64,000 nucleotides of DNA from Escherichia phage ES17, in sequence record NC_070984.1; one strand, written 5' to 3'. Shown one piece after another: positions 40,476 through 49,133 of this stretch. The number at the start of each line of letters is the position of its first letter. Position 1 is the first letter of the stretch. The position numbers and the translations under genes are program-made. The notes below the pieces were generated by a model. That model ran no database searches, was not told the origin of the DNA, and saw only the letters and a program-made list of their open reading frames with translations.

Positions 40476-40790
40476 TTATGAGCTTAAAGCTCCTTTGCGT
40501 GCTCCAGCTGCTTTTCCAGCTCGATCACCACTTTTGCCGCCGTTTGAACGGTTTGAGCTGACTGATTCAACACGTAAGTTGCTTGACGCATTAGAGCCTC
40601 CAGACTTGACAGCTCGTTTGTGTCCAACGTCTTTACCTCTGACAGCAGCTTTTCCATCGCGCTTTTCAACGATGCGACGTGCACGGTGGCGCTGAGCATC
40701 TCCGCTCTTGCTCCCAATTCCCGTTTCACCGCGCTTGATCGCAGTCCTTCTTTCTTGTGCATAGTCTCTTTTTCCTACATGATCTGCCAT
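40476..40790 (-). CDS. Highly basic low-complexity protein (104 aa)
   Basis: Lys/Arg/Gly/Ser-rich; SD AGGAG 8 nt upstream of ATG; an alternative same-strand frame (40484..40762) is also open. Confidence 0.4.
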   Translation of the reverse strand: MADHVGKRDYAQERRTAIKRGETGIGSKSGDAQRHRARRIVEKRDGKAAVRGKDVGHKRAVKSGGSNASSNLRVESVSSNRSNGGKSGDRAGKAAGARKGALSS

Positions 40791-41119
40791 TAGATTTCTC
40801 CTGATTCTCTTTGATTAAAGGTGTGGATGGCGTGGCAATTAGCACACAATATCCTGCACTTCCTCATCTCTTCTTTTACTTGAGATAAAGATCTGGTGTG
40901 CCCTTTGGAGAGTTCGAATGACTTAGTTAATGGATTTAAATGATCAAACTGAAGAGCAGATGCGTGGCCCTTAAAGCCACACTCAGAGCATCCATAGAAT
41001 GTTTTAACTCTACGGATAAAAGCTAGTTGCCTAACTCTTCTTTTCTCGTTATCTGCCTTTCTCTTATCTCTATTTCCTGGGTCGGCCCATCTACACGAGT
41101 CATTGCAAAACCTCTGCAT
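40790..41119 (-). CDS. HNH endonuclease
   Basis: CSECGFKGHASALQFDHLNP...CANCH. Confidence 0.75.
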   Translation of the reverse strand: MQRFCNDSCRWADPGNRDKRKADNEKRRVRQLAFIRRVKTFYGCSECGFKGHASALQFDHLNPLTKSFELSKGHTRSLSQVKEEMRKCRILCANCHAIHTFNQRESGEI

Positions 41120-41207
41120 TATATACTTCGTTACAAATGGTACCTTACAGGTTTCACATTCCTTGTGGTATGTTGCTATTTGGACCCCCTTGTGTGAACT
41201 ATAAGAA

Positions 41208-41657
41208 TCAACTCTCTTCTAGTATAATCCTGTACATTGCTTCCTGAGCATCTTTCATATCTACATATGGACCAAGCACCTCACTATCTTTTCTGATGAA
41301 CCAATCACCTTCTTTGAATATCAGAGATACGTGAACATCTTTATTATTTGCTTTGACTGCTCGCCCCCATGCTGGGTTATGTCGGGATAAATTATCAATA
41401 TGACAATTATCAGTGCGCCCATCCAGATGGTGTAAATAAGATTGAGGCCACTGGCCTGTCTCTTTATACCATACGGCTTTCTTCAATTCAACAATGCCAC
41501 ATGGTAGTCCTATGTATAGGATATTAGGCTGTAAGCTAAAATTATACCACTTAGATGTGAAAGGGATTAGAGGTTCCCTTTTGGTGAAAAACATCGGCCC
41601 CTCTCGAATGTATTCTAGACTATCTATACACTTCAAAATCTTTTCACTATAAAGCAT
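41208..41657 (-). CDS. HNH-family endonuclease (HNH_3-like)
   Basis: LHHLDGRTDNCHIDNLSRHNPAWG motif. Confidence 0.6.
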   Translation of the reverse strand: MLYSEKILKCIDSLEYIREGPMFFTKREPLIPFTSKWYNFSLQPNILYIGLPCGIVELKKAVWYKETGQWPQSYLHHLDGRTDNCHIDNLSRHNPAWGRAVKANNKDVHVSLIFKEGDWFIRKDSEVLGPYVDMKDAQEAMYRIILEES

Positions 41658-42397
41658 TAACTGTTTACCTTTTCCATAGCTTTAACAATAGCTTTACAGA
41701 AACCAGAACGAACAATGTCATCCGATTCGCCGTCTACAATCTCAGCGAACTCATACAGATCATGTTCATCAATAAAGTTAGTAGCCCAAGTAAGACCGCT
41801 CTCACGACCACGCATATCATGCTGGTTAGTATCACCCATGCAGAACAGCTGAGAGGTTTCTCCCAATCGAGTCATGATTGAGAAGGCTTCATCTTTAGTG
41901 GTGTTCTGGAACTCATCAACAATAACAATAGCATCATTGAAAGAACGACCACGGAGATATTCCAGAGGTACGAACTCGATGTTACTGTTACCGAGCTGGC
42001 ATTCATAGAACCCCTTACCATATCGCTGAGTAATAACATCAATGATAGGCATCAGGTAAGGTTCAAACTTCTCACGCATTCCTCCCGGAAGTAACCCAAG
42101 AGAGTTGCCCATGCCGACAGAAGGGCGACTCAGAATGATCTTCTGAATCTTACCGCTCTTCAGTGCATCAATAACTGTGGAAGTGATTACAAAGGTCTTA
42201 CCACAGCCCGCAGGAGCGTCTGTGAACACAACTTGTTTAGTCTTAATAGCATTGAGTAGCTCAGACTGAAACTGGTTCTGAGGGACTACAGGCTTTGCTA
42301 AAACCACCTCTTCATACTCTCGCTTACCTTTACGAGTAACAAGTGCTTCCCGACGAAGGTCTTTCCGTGATTCTTTCCGTGATTGACGACGACTCAT
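41657..42397 (-). CDS. phoH: PhoH-like ATPase
   Basis: Walker A TDAPAGCGKTF, Walker B VIVDEFQN, PhoH-like spacing and length (246 aa). Confidence 0.85.
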   Translation of the reverse strand: MSRRQSRKESRKDLRREALVTRKGKREYEEVVLAKPVVPQNQFQSELLNAIKTKQVVFTDAPAGCGKTFVITSTVIDALKSGKIQKIILSRPSVGMGNSLGLLPGGMREKFEPYLMPIIDVITQRYGKGFYECQLGNSNIEFVPLEYLRGRSFNDAIVIVDEFQNTTKDEAFSIMTRLGETSQLFCMGDTNQHDMRGRESGLTWATNFIDEHDLYEFAEIVDGESDDIVRSGFCKAIVKAMEKVNS

Positions 42398-42579
42398 TTA
42401 CGCTCTCCAATTTCTTCGTAATGACACTCAGTAGTTAAGCAGTCTTTACAGATTGCTGTATAAACCCTGACGTTAGTAAATCGTTTGTTCTCCCCTTTGG
42501 TTGGAGAGCCTTTGGCAAGCTCTCTGATAACCTTGTTACTTAAATGAAGGTTTGTTCCTTCACATTTAGAGCACTTCAT
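42394..42579 (-). CDS. Small zinc-ribbon protein (61 aa)
   Basis: CSKCEG...CKDCLTTECH Cys pairs. Confidence 0.4.
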   Translation of the reverse strand: MKCSKCEGTNLHLSNKVIRELAKGSPTKGENKRFTNVRVYTAICKDCLTTECHYEEIGERK

Positions 42580-42895
42580 GGTTCATATCTTTATGAATCC
42601 TGTAAACAGCTGTCGCCATACAAGCAACAGCCTCGTTGTGTGGGAGGTGCATCCCTGTAGAACCATCCCAATCTTTGAACTCATTGTCAAAGACTCCGGT
42701 AGGCTCTGGATATAGAGCTTGCAGCTCCACTAGATCATTAGCAACTTGTTGCCATTTATCATCAGACCAGATAGGGTCATCCAACCAGTAATACAAATAG
42801 GAATGGATGATCAATTGCTTTCTATGCCGATTGATTACTTCAGCGGGACTTATCTCACTTCCATTTGAAGTCCTAAATGTATTACTGTCAATCAT
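42566..42895 (-). CDS. Hypothetical protein (109 aa)
   Basis: ORF in operon context. Confidence 0.4.
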   Translation of the reverse strand: MIDSNTFRTSNGSEISPAEVINRHRKQLIIHSYLYYWLDDPIWSDDKWQQVANDLVELQALYPEPTGVFDNEFKDWDGSTGMHLPHNEAVACMATAVYRIHKDMNHEVL

Positions 42896-43077
42896 TTCAC
42901 AACCTTAAATTTGAATGTTGTTGGGTGATAATAATGCAACCTATTGATAGTGTGCTTTGTTTCGAGATATATCCTGCAAGAGTGGCACATGACATGGGTC
43001 AGACCAGTTACAGGGTTAGGTTTGAAGTTGGCGACAGGCTTCTCTTTCTTACAGAAGCTACAGACTTTCTTTTCCAT
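42892..43077 (-). CDS. Small zinc-finger protein (61 aa)
   Basis: Start at internal ATG (MEKKVCSFCKK...CHSC) with SD GGAGAA. Confidence 0.4.
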   Translation of the reverse strand: MEKKVCSFCKKEKPVANFKPNPVTGLTHVMCHSCRIYLETKHTINRLHYYHPTTFKFKVVK

Positions 43078-43291
43078 CTTTTCTCCAGTGGTCAACGAAT
43101 TGCTGAAACACCTTATGGTCGAATGTGAAACCACGAGCAATCCCACACTCTACGAAAGTAGAAGGCATATAGTCTACATCATCTTTAGATGTATGACCAT
43201 AAACTTGAATAAGCTTTTTAATCTTATCCTTCTCTCTTCGAGGAAGCATCCTAAATGCCTCCTGAATATCTGTAATATGTTTGATTTTCAT
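43058..43291 (-). CDS. Hypothetical protein (77 aa)
   Basis: ORF in operon context. Confidence 0.4.
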   Translation of the reverse strand: MKIKHITDIQEAFRMLPRREKDKIKKLIQVYGHTSKDDVDYMPSTFVECGIARGFTFDHKVFQQFVDHWRKDGKESL

Positions 43292-43307
43292 CAGAAAGCC
43301 TCTGATA

Positions 43308-43964
43308 TTAACTCTCCAAAGTTTTCTTCAGAGCTGCCCATGAGATTGGGTAGAGCTTAGCCATCTCTTCATCTACGGATTTAGCAAACACTCGAACTTC
43401 ATATTGAGCGTGAGATGAGAGTCGCTGACGACACAACTCAAACCAGCCATACAAAGAACCAGTCCACACCCACTCAGTGATCATCCCCTGAGGAAGAACA
43501 AATCGAGCTTGCTCTGGTGCAATAAATTCAATCAACTTGTCATATGTTGCTAGAGAAGCTTCATATGCATCGTTAATTAACATTAATGCTTCAGCTCGCT
43601 CTCCGTCGATGAGTTGAATCCCTGAACCTGCATGGAGGTCCGAAGGTCTCGCAAAAATCTCTTTAGGGATGAAGACTTCAACTGCTCCATCTTTATACCG
43701 CCGGGACATTTCGTTCCACGAGAATCCAACCTGATGCTTGCCCAACTGTCTCGCAATTGCGATAGGTGCTTTGCATCGGAAACTGACTTGCGGGTGTCGG
43801 AATGGAGTACAGTGTTTTTCCCGTGCAAGGAAGTTGATAAGTTTTGTGTCTCTCTCATTTAAGTCACCTTCTCGAACAACACCGAAAGATACTCTAGCTG
43901 CATTGACTACAGATTTGTCACTACCCATTGCTTCAATCAGTGTTGCTTGTAGTTGTTCGTTCAA
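43308..43964 (-). CDS. thyX: Flavin-dependent thymidylate synthase family protein (ThyX-like)
   Basis: ThyX-type pattern ARVSFG...HCTPFRH...SRRY...ARFVLPQGMITEWVWTGSLYGWFELCRQRLSSHAQYEVR; the canonical RHR motif position appears as KHQ (by-eye alignment); TTG start with SD AAGGAA. Confidence 0.7.
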   Translation of the reverse strand: MNEQLQATLIEAMGSDKSVVNAARVSFGVVREGDLNERDTKLINFLAREKHCTPFRHPQVSFRCKAPIAIARQLGKHQVGFSWNEMSRRYKDGAVEVFIPKEIFARPSDLHAGSGIQLIDGERAEALMLINDAYEASLATYDKLIEFIAPEQARFVLPQGMITEWVWTGSLYGWFELCRQRLSSHAQYEVRVFAKSVDEEMAKLYPISWAALKKTLES

Positions 43965-44403
43965 TTAAAAGTTCCTTTTTTCGATTCATGTAAACTTGAT
44001 GAGCTTCTTCGGCAGTTCCATACATACCTAGATGTATATCTACTTTATCAATACAAATAACAGCCCTATATCTAATAGTCCCTGATTTATATTTGACAAC
44101 CTTAACACCTTGAAGCCCTGTTTCCTTGTTTGATACCCTAGCCCCGAACTGGTTGTGGCAGTTTGTCGAGGTGTCCACCAATCTCAAGTTCTGTATTGAG
44201 TTGTTCTTCTTATTTCTATCGATATGGTCTATCTGAGAAGAAGGCCACTCTCCATAGTAAAAGAACCATGCCACTTTATGAGCTTTGTGTACTTTCCCTT
44301 TAAACCGCAGGGTTATGTACTTACTTCGAGTTCCTCCTAATTTCTTACCTTTTCGAAAGAACTCTCCAGTCTCAGGGATATACTCTAAATCATCGATTAA
44401 CAT
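43933..44403 (-). CDS. HNH homing endonuclease with AP2-like DNA-binding domain
   Basis: EWPSSQIDHIDRNKKNNSIQNLRLVDTSTNCHNQ (HNH) followed by AP2-like GVKVVKYKSGTIRYRAVI. Confidence 0.75.
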   Translation of the reverse strand: MLIDDLEYIPETGEFFRKGKKLGGTRSKYITLRFKGKVHKAHKVAWFFYYGEWPSSQIDHIDRNKKNNSIQNLRLVDTSTNCHNQFGARVSNKETGLQGVKVVKYKSGTIRYRAVICIDKVDIHLGMYGTAEEAHQVYMNRKKELLIERTTTSNTD

Positions 44404-44668
44404 TCAGAGCTGTATCTAAAAATGCTTTCAGGTTTGCTTCAGTCTGCATACCAGAGAGGCTGTAGTGTGCACCACTGTTACGGTCAGGCACAACGAAAGC
44501 AGGGATACTTCGTACACCATACTTAACAGCTTGTTCACGACCATCACCTTCAAGGATGTTAATCTCTTCCACTTCTACATCAAACTCCTTAACAACCTTC
44601 TCAAAGGTAGGAGCCATTGCTTTACATGGAGCACACTGATCACTATAAAACTTAATTACTTTAGGCAT
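44390..44668 (-). CDS. Thioredoxin/glutaredoxin-like protein
   Basis: 92 aa with active-site CAPC (CxxC) in thioredoxin-fold context YSDQCAPCKAMAPTFEKV. Confidence 0.7.
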   Translation of the reverse strand: MPKVIKFYSDQCAPCKAMAPTFEKVVKEFDVEVEEINILEGDGREQAVKYGVRSIPAFVVPDRNSGAHYSLSGMQTEANLKAFLDTALNVNR

Positions 44669-44676
44669 GTAAATCC

Positions 44677-44856
44677 TTATGCAGTCAGGAGGTGAAGCAG
44701 GAATGGGATAACAACAGCTACGATAACCATGATAGTTGATGCTGTTTGAATCTCACCTTTCTTATCAGGAGTTTCTTCAATAAGCTTACCAGAAGCCCAA
44801 TAAATACCACCACCAATAAAGATAGCCCAAATACCCCATACGATTGCTGATAACAT
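44677..44856 (-). CDS. Small membrane protein with two predicted TM helices (59 aa); holin candidate
   Basis: MLSAIVWGIWAIFIGGGIYWASG...TIMVIVAVVIPFLLHLL; below ORF-track cutoff. Confidence 0.3.
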   Translation of the reverse strand: MLSAIVWGIWAIFIGGGIYWASGKLIEETPDKKGEIQTASTIMVIVAVVIPFLLHLLTA

Positions 44857-44917
44857 ATATCTATATCCTTATAAATAAGTTCGCCCCACCTCGGGTTAGG
44901 AGACAGGGCGGAGGTTT

Positions 44918-45481
44918 TTAGTAAGACACGTCACCACTTGAATGGGACATGTTGCTCTTGACGAAGTAGCAATACTTGCCAAGACCTTCATTAATTTCTT
45001 GAAGCATACTCTGATCGACAGGGTAGGTGGCTAAATCACCATCAAACTCATCCATCTTCTCAATAATACACATCAAGGTCATGCACATATCAGAGAGCAT
45101 ACCGTCCATGTCTAGATCAGCGTTACCCTCTGAGAACCAAGCATGAGAGAGGTAGTTAGCTGCTGTAGCATCCACTTTAACACAGTGGTAACGCATACGT
45201 TCAGCAATACGATCTCCTACCTGTCGTGCGTAATCTTCCAGCTCATCAAACATACCATGAACACCCTGAAATCCTGCACCAGAGACGTTCCAGTGGTAGT
45301 TTTTAGCTTTGATATGCAAGAGTTCCATGTTAGCTTGTAAGCAGCTCAGGATGTGTTCTAGGCTGTTTGCACTAATCATGCCTTGCATTGTTTCAAGGCG
45401 AGAGATTGAAAGCTCAGACCGGTCTAACATACTATAACTGTCACGACCAATCTCAGGTAAATCAAAGACATTCTTATGCAT
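44918..45481 (-). CDS. dps: Dps-like ferritin (DNA protection during starvation family)
   Basis: Dps signature KAKNYHWNVSGAGFQGVHGMFDELEDY...DRIAERM and C-terminal YFVKSNM; start at ATG 45481 with SD GGAGAAAA. Confidence 0.7.
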   Translation of the reverse strand: MHKNVFDLPEIGRDSYSMLDRSELSISRLETMQGMISANSLEHILSCLQANMELLHIKAKNYHWNVSGAGFQGVHGMFDELEDYARQVGDRIAERMRYHCVKVDATAANYLSHAWFSEGNADLDMDGMLSDMCMTLMCIIEKMDEFDGDLATYPVDQSMLQEINEGLGKYCYFVKSNMSHSSGDVSY

Positions 45482-45803
45482 TTGGGTTTTCTCCATCAAG
45501 TTCAACTGAATTAGCAACATTACGTGCAATATTATCCATTACCTGCTGGGTAATTACGATGCAGTTCTGTGGATCTACTGACTTAGAACGCCCCATTTCA
45601 GGGTCATACACCTTAACTCGCTTAGCAGTTGAACCTGTAACCTGAAGAACCTTCAACAGATATCCCTGATTACCGATAGACCAAGCAACAACATCACGAT
45701 TCTTGATAAAGCGACCAAGCATATCACGATGATAAAACTGTTGCATCACCTTGGATTTTGTAATCTCTTCAGTGGGCGGGGCCACTTTACTCAAATCTAA
45801 CAT
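45474..45803 (-). CDS. Hypothetical protein (109 aa)
   Basis: Promoter-like motif about 40 nt upstream. Confidence 0.4.
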   Translation of the reverse strand: MLDLSKVAPPTEEITKSKVMQQFYHRDMLGRFIKNRDVVAWSIGNQGYLLKVLQVTGSTAKRVKVYDPEMGRSKSVDPQNCIVITQQVMDNIARNVANSVELDGENPNA

Positions 45804-45839
45804 AACTCTCTCCTGTAAAATACAAATTCTTATTGTACT

Positions 45840-45855
45840 CTATATACATTTGAGA
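45840..45855 (-). promoter_or_regulatory. Phage promoter-like motif (reverse strand), AAATGTATATAG variant
   Basis: Reverse complement of 45841..45852 reads CAAATGTATATA, one mismatch to TAATGTATA; upstream of gene starting at 45803. Confidence 0.4.
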
Positions 45856-45875
45856 GTTACCATATCTACTACCAA

Positions 45876-46085
45876 TCAGTAGTAAATTACTTTAGACATA
45901 AAAGAACCAGTGTTAGGGTCTTCATGCCAGCGATGTATGTCAGCGCTTTTTACTATTGTGCCCAGAGTCTTCAACTGTTTCTTAGCAATACGAGCCTCTT
46001 TGCGAGTGTCAAACAATTTGATGCTATCTTTTCTCATGTGTTGCTCAAGATCCCAAACAACATGAATAGCCCACATCTTTTTCAT
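45876..46085 (-). CDS. Hypothetical protein, paralog of adjacent gene
   Basis: 69 aa; resembles 46085..46294 (basic middle, C-terminal aromatic ...VIYY vs ...KVHY). Confidence 0.4.
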   Translation of the reverse strand: MKKMWAIHVVWDLEQHMRKDSIKLFDTRKEARIAKKQLKTLGTIVKSADIHRWHEDPNTGSFMSKVIYY

Positions 46086-46294
46086 TAGTAATGCACCTTT
46101 CCGCTGATATAAACACGACCAGAAGAATACTCCTTGGCCTTATGAATACTGATGCTCTTAGTTAAGTCTACATTGAACATAGACTTTTTAAAATCTCGAG
46201 CTTGTTGGCGAGTGGGTAGTGCAGTCATAGTCATGCCACCTGATGCCCACTTAATCTTTGCTAACCAAAATTGTCTCATAGTGATTGGTCTCAT
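46085..46294 (-). CDS. Hypothetical protein, paralog of adjacent gene
   Basis: 69 aa; ATGA-type overlap with downstream gene. Confidence 0.4.
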   Translation of the reverse strand: MRPITMRQFWLAKIKWASGGMTMTALPTRQQARDFKKSMFNVDLTKSISIHKAKEYSSGRVYISGKVHY

Positions 46295-46335
46295 TTTACT
46301 AAACTCTTTAAATATTATTACTATGGATTATAACA

Positions 46336-46557
46336 TTAGGTCTCGATAAGGCGACTAGTATCATAACCGACATACGGAGATATTAGATTATTCTCAGGAG
46401 CAGTCCCTCGACAAGCAATAACAATATCATATTTCCCAGAGCCGTGAACTTCGTGGAAGATTTCAACTGCCTTATCTTTTTCAGTGGAGAATTGTATCGG
46501 ATACACTTCACCTCTTTTGTAGGGGACTATAACATAAAGATCTACTGTTTTATGCAT
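46336..46557 (-). CDS. Hypothetical protein (73 aa)
   Basis: ORF in operon context. Confidence 0.4.
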   Translation of the reverse strand: MHKTVDLYVIVPYKRGEVYPIQFSTEKDKAVEIFHEVHGSGKYDIVIACRGTAPENNLISPYVGYDTSRLIET

Positions 46558-46761
46558 ACCTCACTGCTCCATTTCACTATCGTTTGACCAAACTAGGCTG
46601 TGATGTTTGAATTCACCTTTCAGCTCCTTAGTATGATTACTGTCAAGTTGGGTTTGTTTAACAATCAACCCCACATCAAATTCTGATACAGACTTCTCTC
46701 CTTCTTCTAAGTTGTTGTTATAAACACTTCACAGAAGCTCGGTCATTTTTTCATTAGTCAT

Positions 46762-47271
46762 CTATCTTTCATCCACATTAAAGGATAGGTGAAGCCTACT
46801 TCTCATAGACTTCGCTAGGAGTTTTGCCTCTTCAAGAGTTTTCACTCCATATACAGACTCACGTTTACCATCTTTTTGAATAGATACACAGAATGTCCCG
46901 CCCTTCTCTTGGTAGACATTCTTAACTCCTAGTTTGTTATCAACCCTTGTCTTAGCATTCTGACTGTTCTCAGAGTGATAGCACTTTCTCAGGTTAGTTT
47001 CTTCTAGGTTTTCTCTGTTACCATCGGCATGATCTATTTGATATTCATCCGATAAATCCTCACCAGTATAAAGAACAAAAAGAATCCTATGATTGTGGAC
47101 ATGAACTCCTCCTAAGGGAATTTGATAATATCCATCTTTTGTGAGCTTGCCAGCAGGTTTACCTACTATATCATTAGCAAACTTACTAGGCTTCCTTTTC
47201 CAAGAAAGCCCTGAAGGTGATGACATGTCTATGTTAAAGAGATCAACTACTTCATCATAGCATATCAGCAT
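46762..47271 (-). CDS. HNH homing endonuclease with AP2-like domain
   Basis: HNHRILFVLYTGEDLSDEYQIDHADGNRENLEETNLRKCYHSENSQN plus AP2-like GVKNVYQEKGGTFCVSIQ; start at internal ATG 47271 with SD GGTGG; paralog of 43933..44403. Confidence 0.7.
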   Translation of the reverse strand: MLICYDEVVDLFNIDMSSPSGLSWKRKPSKFANDIVGKPAGKLTKDGYYQIPLGGVHVHNHRILFVLYTGEDLSDEYQIDHADGNRENLEETNLRKCYHSENSQNAKTRVDNKLGVKNVYQEKGGTFCVSIQKDGKRESVYGVKTLEEAKLLAKSMRSRLHLSFNVDER

Positions 47272-47809
47272 GATTTGTTCCACCAAAAGCTTTTGTTGGC
47301 CCTTGTTGGTTATTATATGAACCTTTCGTTGCGTAGCTGTCCTCTTCGGATGAAGAGTGTTTAAAGAATTCCATTTGACCAATACGCATTCCCGGTTTGA
47401 TCAGCAGAGAGTGATGCTGTAGAACATTCTTGAATTCCATAGTTAACTGGCTACCATGCCAACCGCCGTCAGCATGACCAGCGTGCATGTGCTCTAAGAA
47501 ACAACGACCAACAGTGGACCGTAGCATGAAATCGCAGCTAATATTATCTGGCAGATTGAATGTCTCCATTGTATGAGCCAAGAAACACTCACCCGGTTTG
47601 ATCACTAACCCTTCCTCTGGAATCATAACCTCATTGAAGTTAGGAGATTCTTTAGCAGAGATATCAACAACCCCGTTAGCTGCACCTTCCATTAGAACGC
47701 GATCTCCAATACGAACATCAATGCTGGAGGAATTAACAGCTGAGTGTGGTGCATCAATAACACCATCATCAATTAATTTATGTAACTCTGGACTTCCTAG
47801 TAAACTCAT
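47255..47809 (-). CDS. dcd: dCTP deaminase / dUTPase-fold enzyme
   Basis: 184 aa; N-terminal pattern ...LIDDGVID...SSIDVRIGDRV typical of dCTP deaminase. Confidence 0.75.
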   Translation of the reverse strand: MSLLGSPELHKLIDDGVIDAPHSAVNSSSIDVRIGDRVLMEGAANGVVDISAKESPNFNEVMIPEEGLVIKPGECFLAHTMETFNLPDNISCDFMLRSTVGRCFLEHMHAGHADGGWHGSQLTMEFKNVLQHHSLLIKPGMRIGQMEFFKHSSSEEDSYATKGSYNNQQGPTKAFGGTNHADML

Positions 47810-47818
47810 TCTTATTCC

Positions 47819-49132
47819 TTAGTTATTTGTTTCCATGTCAAAAGAGATTCCACGACCCGCTTCATCGGCAAACCGAACTGTACGGGTTTGAGGTTCTAAT
47901 ACTTCAGGGTTGTTAGCAATAAAGCGATCAGCGAGACTATCTCCCAAATCTTGTTCCATACCTTCATCAGTCCAGATAACACGAGAAGGGGCGTTGATAT
48001 CACCAACAGCGAAACCCTGACCAGAGAACTGACGTGCGCTAACAGTTAAGCCGTTTGGTCGACCACGAGAGGGTCTAGCCATCCATCGCTCCATAGAATC
48101 ACTTGTAATACCAAGAGCTTCTTCAAAAGATGTTCTACGAGTAGGGCTTTCTCTTCGTGACTCTTGTGCTCGACGCATTGCAGGGGCTACAAACACCCCT
48201 TCAATTGCATTGTGTCGGTTAGGTTCCTCTTCTCGACCAAGCAGATCACCACCCGTGTTAGTCGTTAAATTTGTCAACCCCTCAGACCAATACGCATGAA
48301 TCTGACCAGAACCGTGAAGACTAGACATAATCTGAATCTCTTCATAAGGGATTCCAAAGAATCGACTCATGTCTCGGTTAACACAATATAGAGCACTTGT
48401 TGTATCTTCAATAAGAGAAACCTGACCTAATCCATTGACTAGATGACTAACTGGCTGAGGTGTGGGAAGATATCGAGTTTGGGCCATGTATTGATGCGCA
48501 ACTGCTGGAGAGGAAAATCTCAACACTTGTGAGTTAGGCCACTTCTTGTGAACATACCTGATTTCACGACTAGAGACAACCACTGGACAAGGGGAAGTCA
48601 TAGCCAAATATCCGTGAGAAGTCATGAATAAGTTGTCAAGAGTCATCGCACCACGGCACATCATAGGAAAATTATCCAATACCTCTTCAATAGAAGTAGG
48701 ATAATTAAACATGAATTGGATACGAACCCCATTCCACTGAAACTCAATAATATCAGTGAATGTTAATTGAGAACCCCCAGCATAGGATTCGTTTGTAGCT
48801 TCAGCAAGAAGTGATGCATATTCAATATCTTGTGACTCTAGCCATTCCTTCACATTACTTTCAATCTCCCGTCCAAGCTCTTGCCAACGATCAGTTGGGA
48901 TGAAAGTGTTTTGAGTTCTTGGTGTTTGTCCTCTGACAATAAAGATATCAATGTCATGTGGAGCTATGTTATTAAGGACAGCATCACGAACAGCCCCACC
49001 AGTAATGATGGGACAGATACCATCTGGAATCAAGTTGTTGTTAATCAACTGTTCAATGAAGTGACGACCAACAGTGATATCAGGTTGTTGAGCAACCTTA
49101 TCTTCAATTTGGTTAATCGGGATAACAATCAT
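47819..49132 (-). CDS. Pol-beta-superfamily nucleotidyltransferase with CCA-adding-enzyme/poly(A)-polymerase-like head motif
   Basis: ITGGAVRDAVLNNIAPHDIDIFIV matches GGxVRD...DxD head-domain signature; about 300 aa C-terminal region of unknown function; start at ATG 49132. Confidence 0.5.
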   Translation of the reverse strand: MIVIPINQIEDKVAQQPDITVGRHFIEQLINNNLIPDGICPIITGGAVRDAVLNNIAPHDIDIFIVRGQTPRTQNTFIPTDRWQELGREIESNVKEWLESQDIEYASLLAEATNESYAGGSQLTFTDIIEFQWNGVRIQFMFNYPTSIEEVLDNFPMMCRGAMTLDNLFMTSHGYLAMTSPCPVVVSSREIRYVHKKWPNSQVLRFSSPAVAHQYMAQTRYLPTPQPVSHLVNGLGQVSLIEDTTSALYCVNRDMSRFFGIPYEEIQIMSSLHGSGQIHAYWSEGLTNLTTNTGGDLLGREEEPNRHNAIEGVFVAPAMRRAQESRRESPTRRTSFEEALGITSDSMERWMARPSRGRPNGLTVSARQFSGQGFAVGDINAPSRVIWTDEGMEQDLGDSLADRFIANNPEVLEPQTRTVRFADEAGRGISFDMETNN

Positions 49133-49133
49133 T

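Noticed and set aside
40484-40762. Alternative same-strand frame encoding a 92-aa helical protein
   Set aside because: Overlaps 40476..40790, which has the stronger SD and the tighter coupling to the upstream gene; kept only as an alternative in the findings.
44883-44916. Possible hairpin CGCCC...GGGCG followed by TTTTT downstream of the Dps gene
   Set aside because: Stem is short with a loop of over 20 nt and the U-tract is on the + strand, opposite to the local - strand transcription; not convincing as a terminator.
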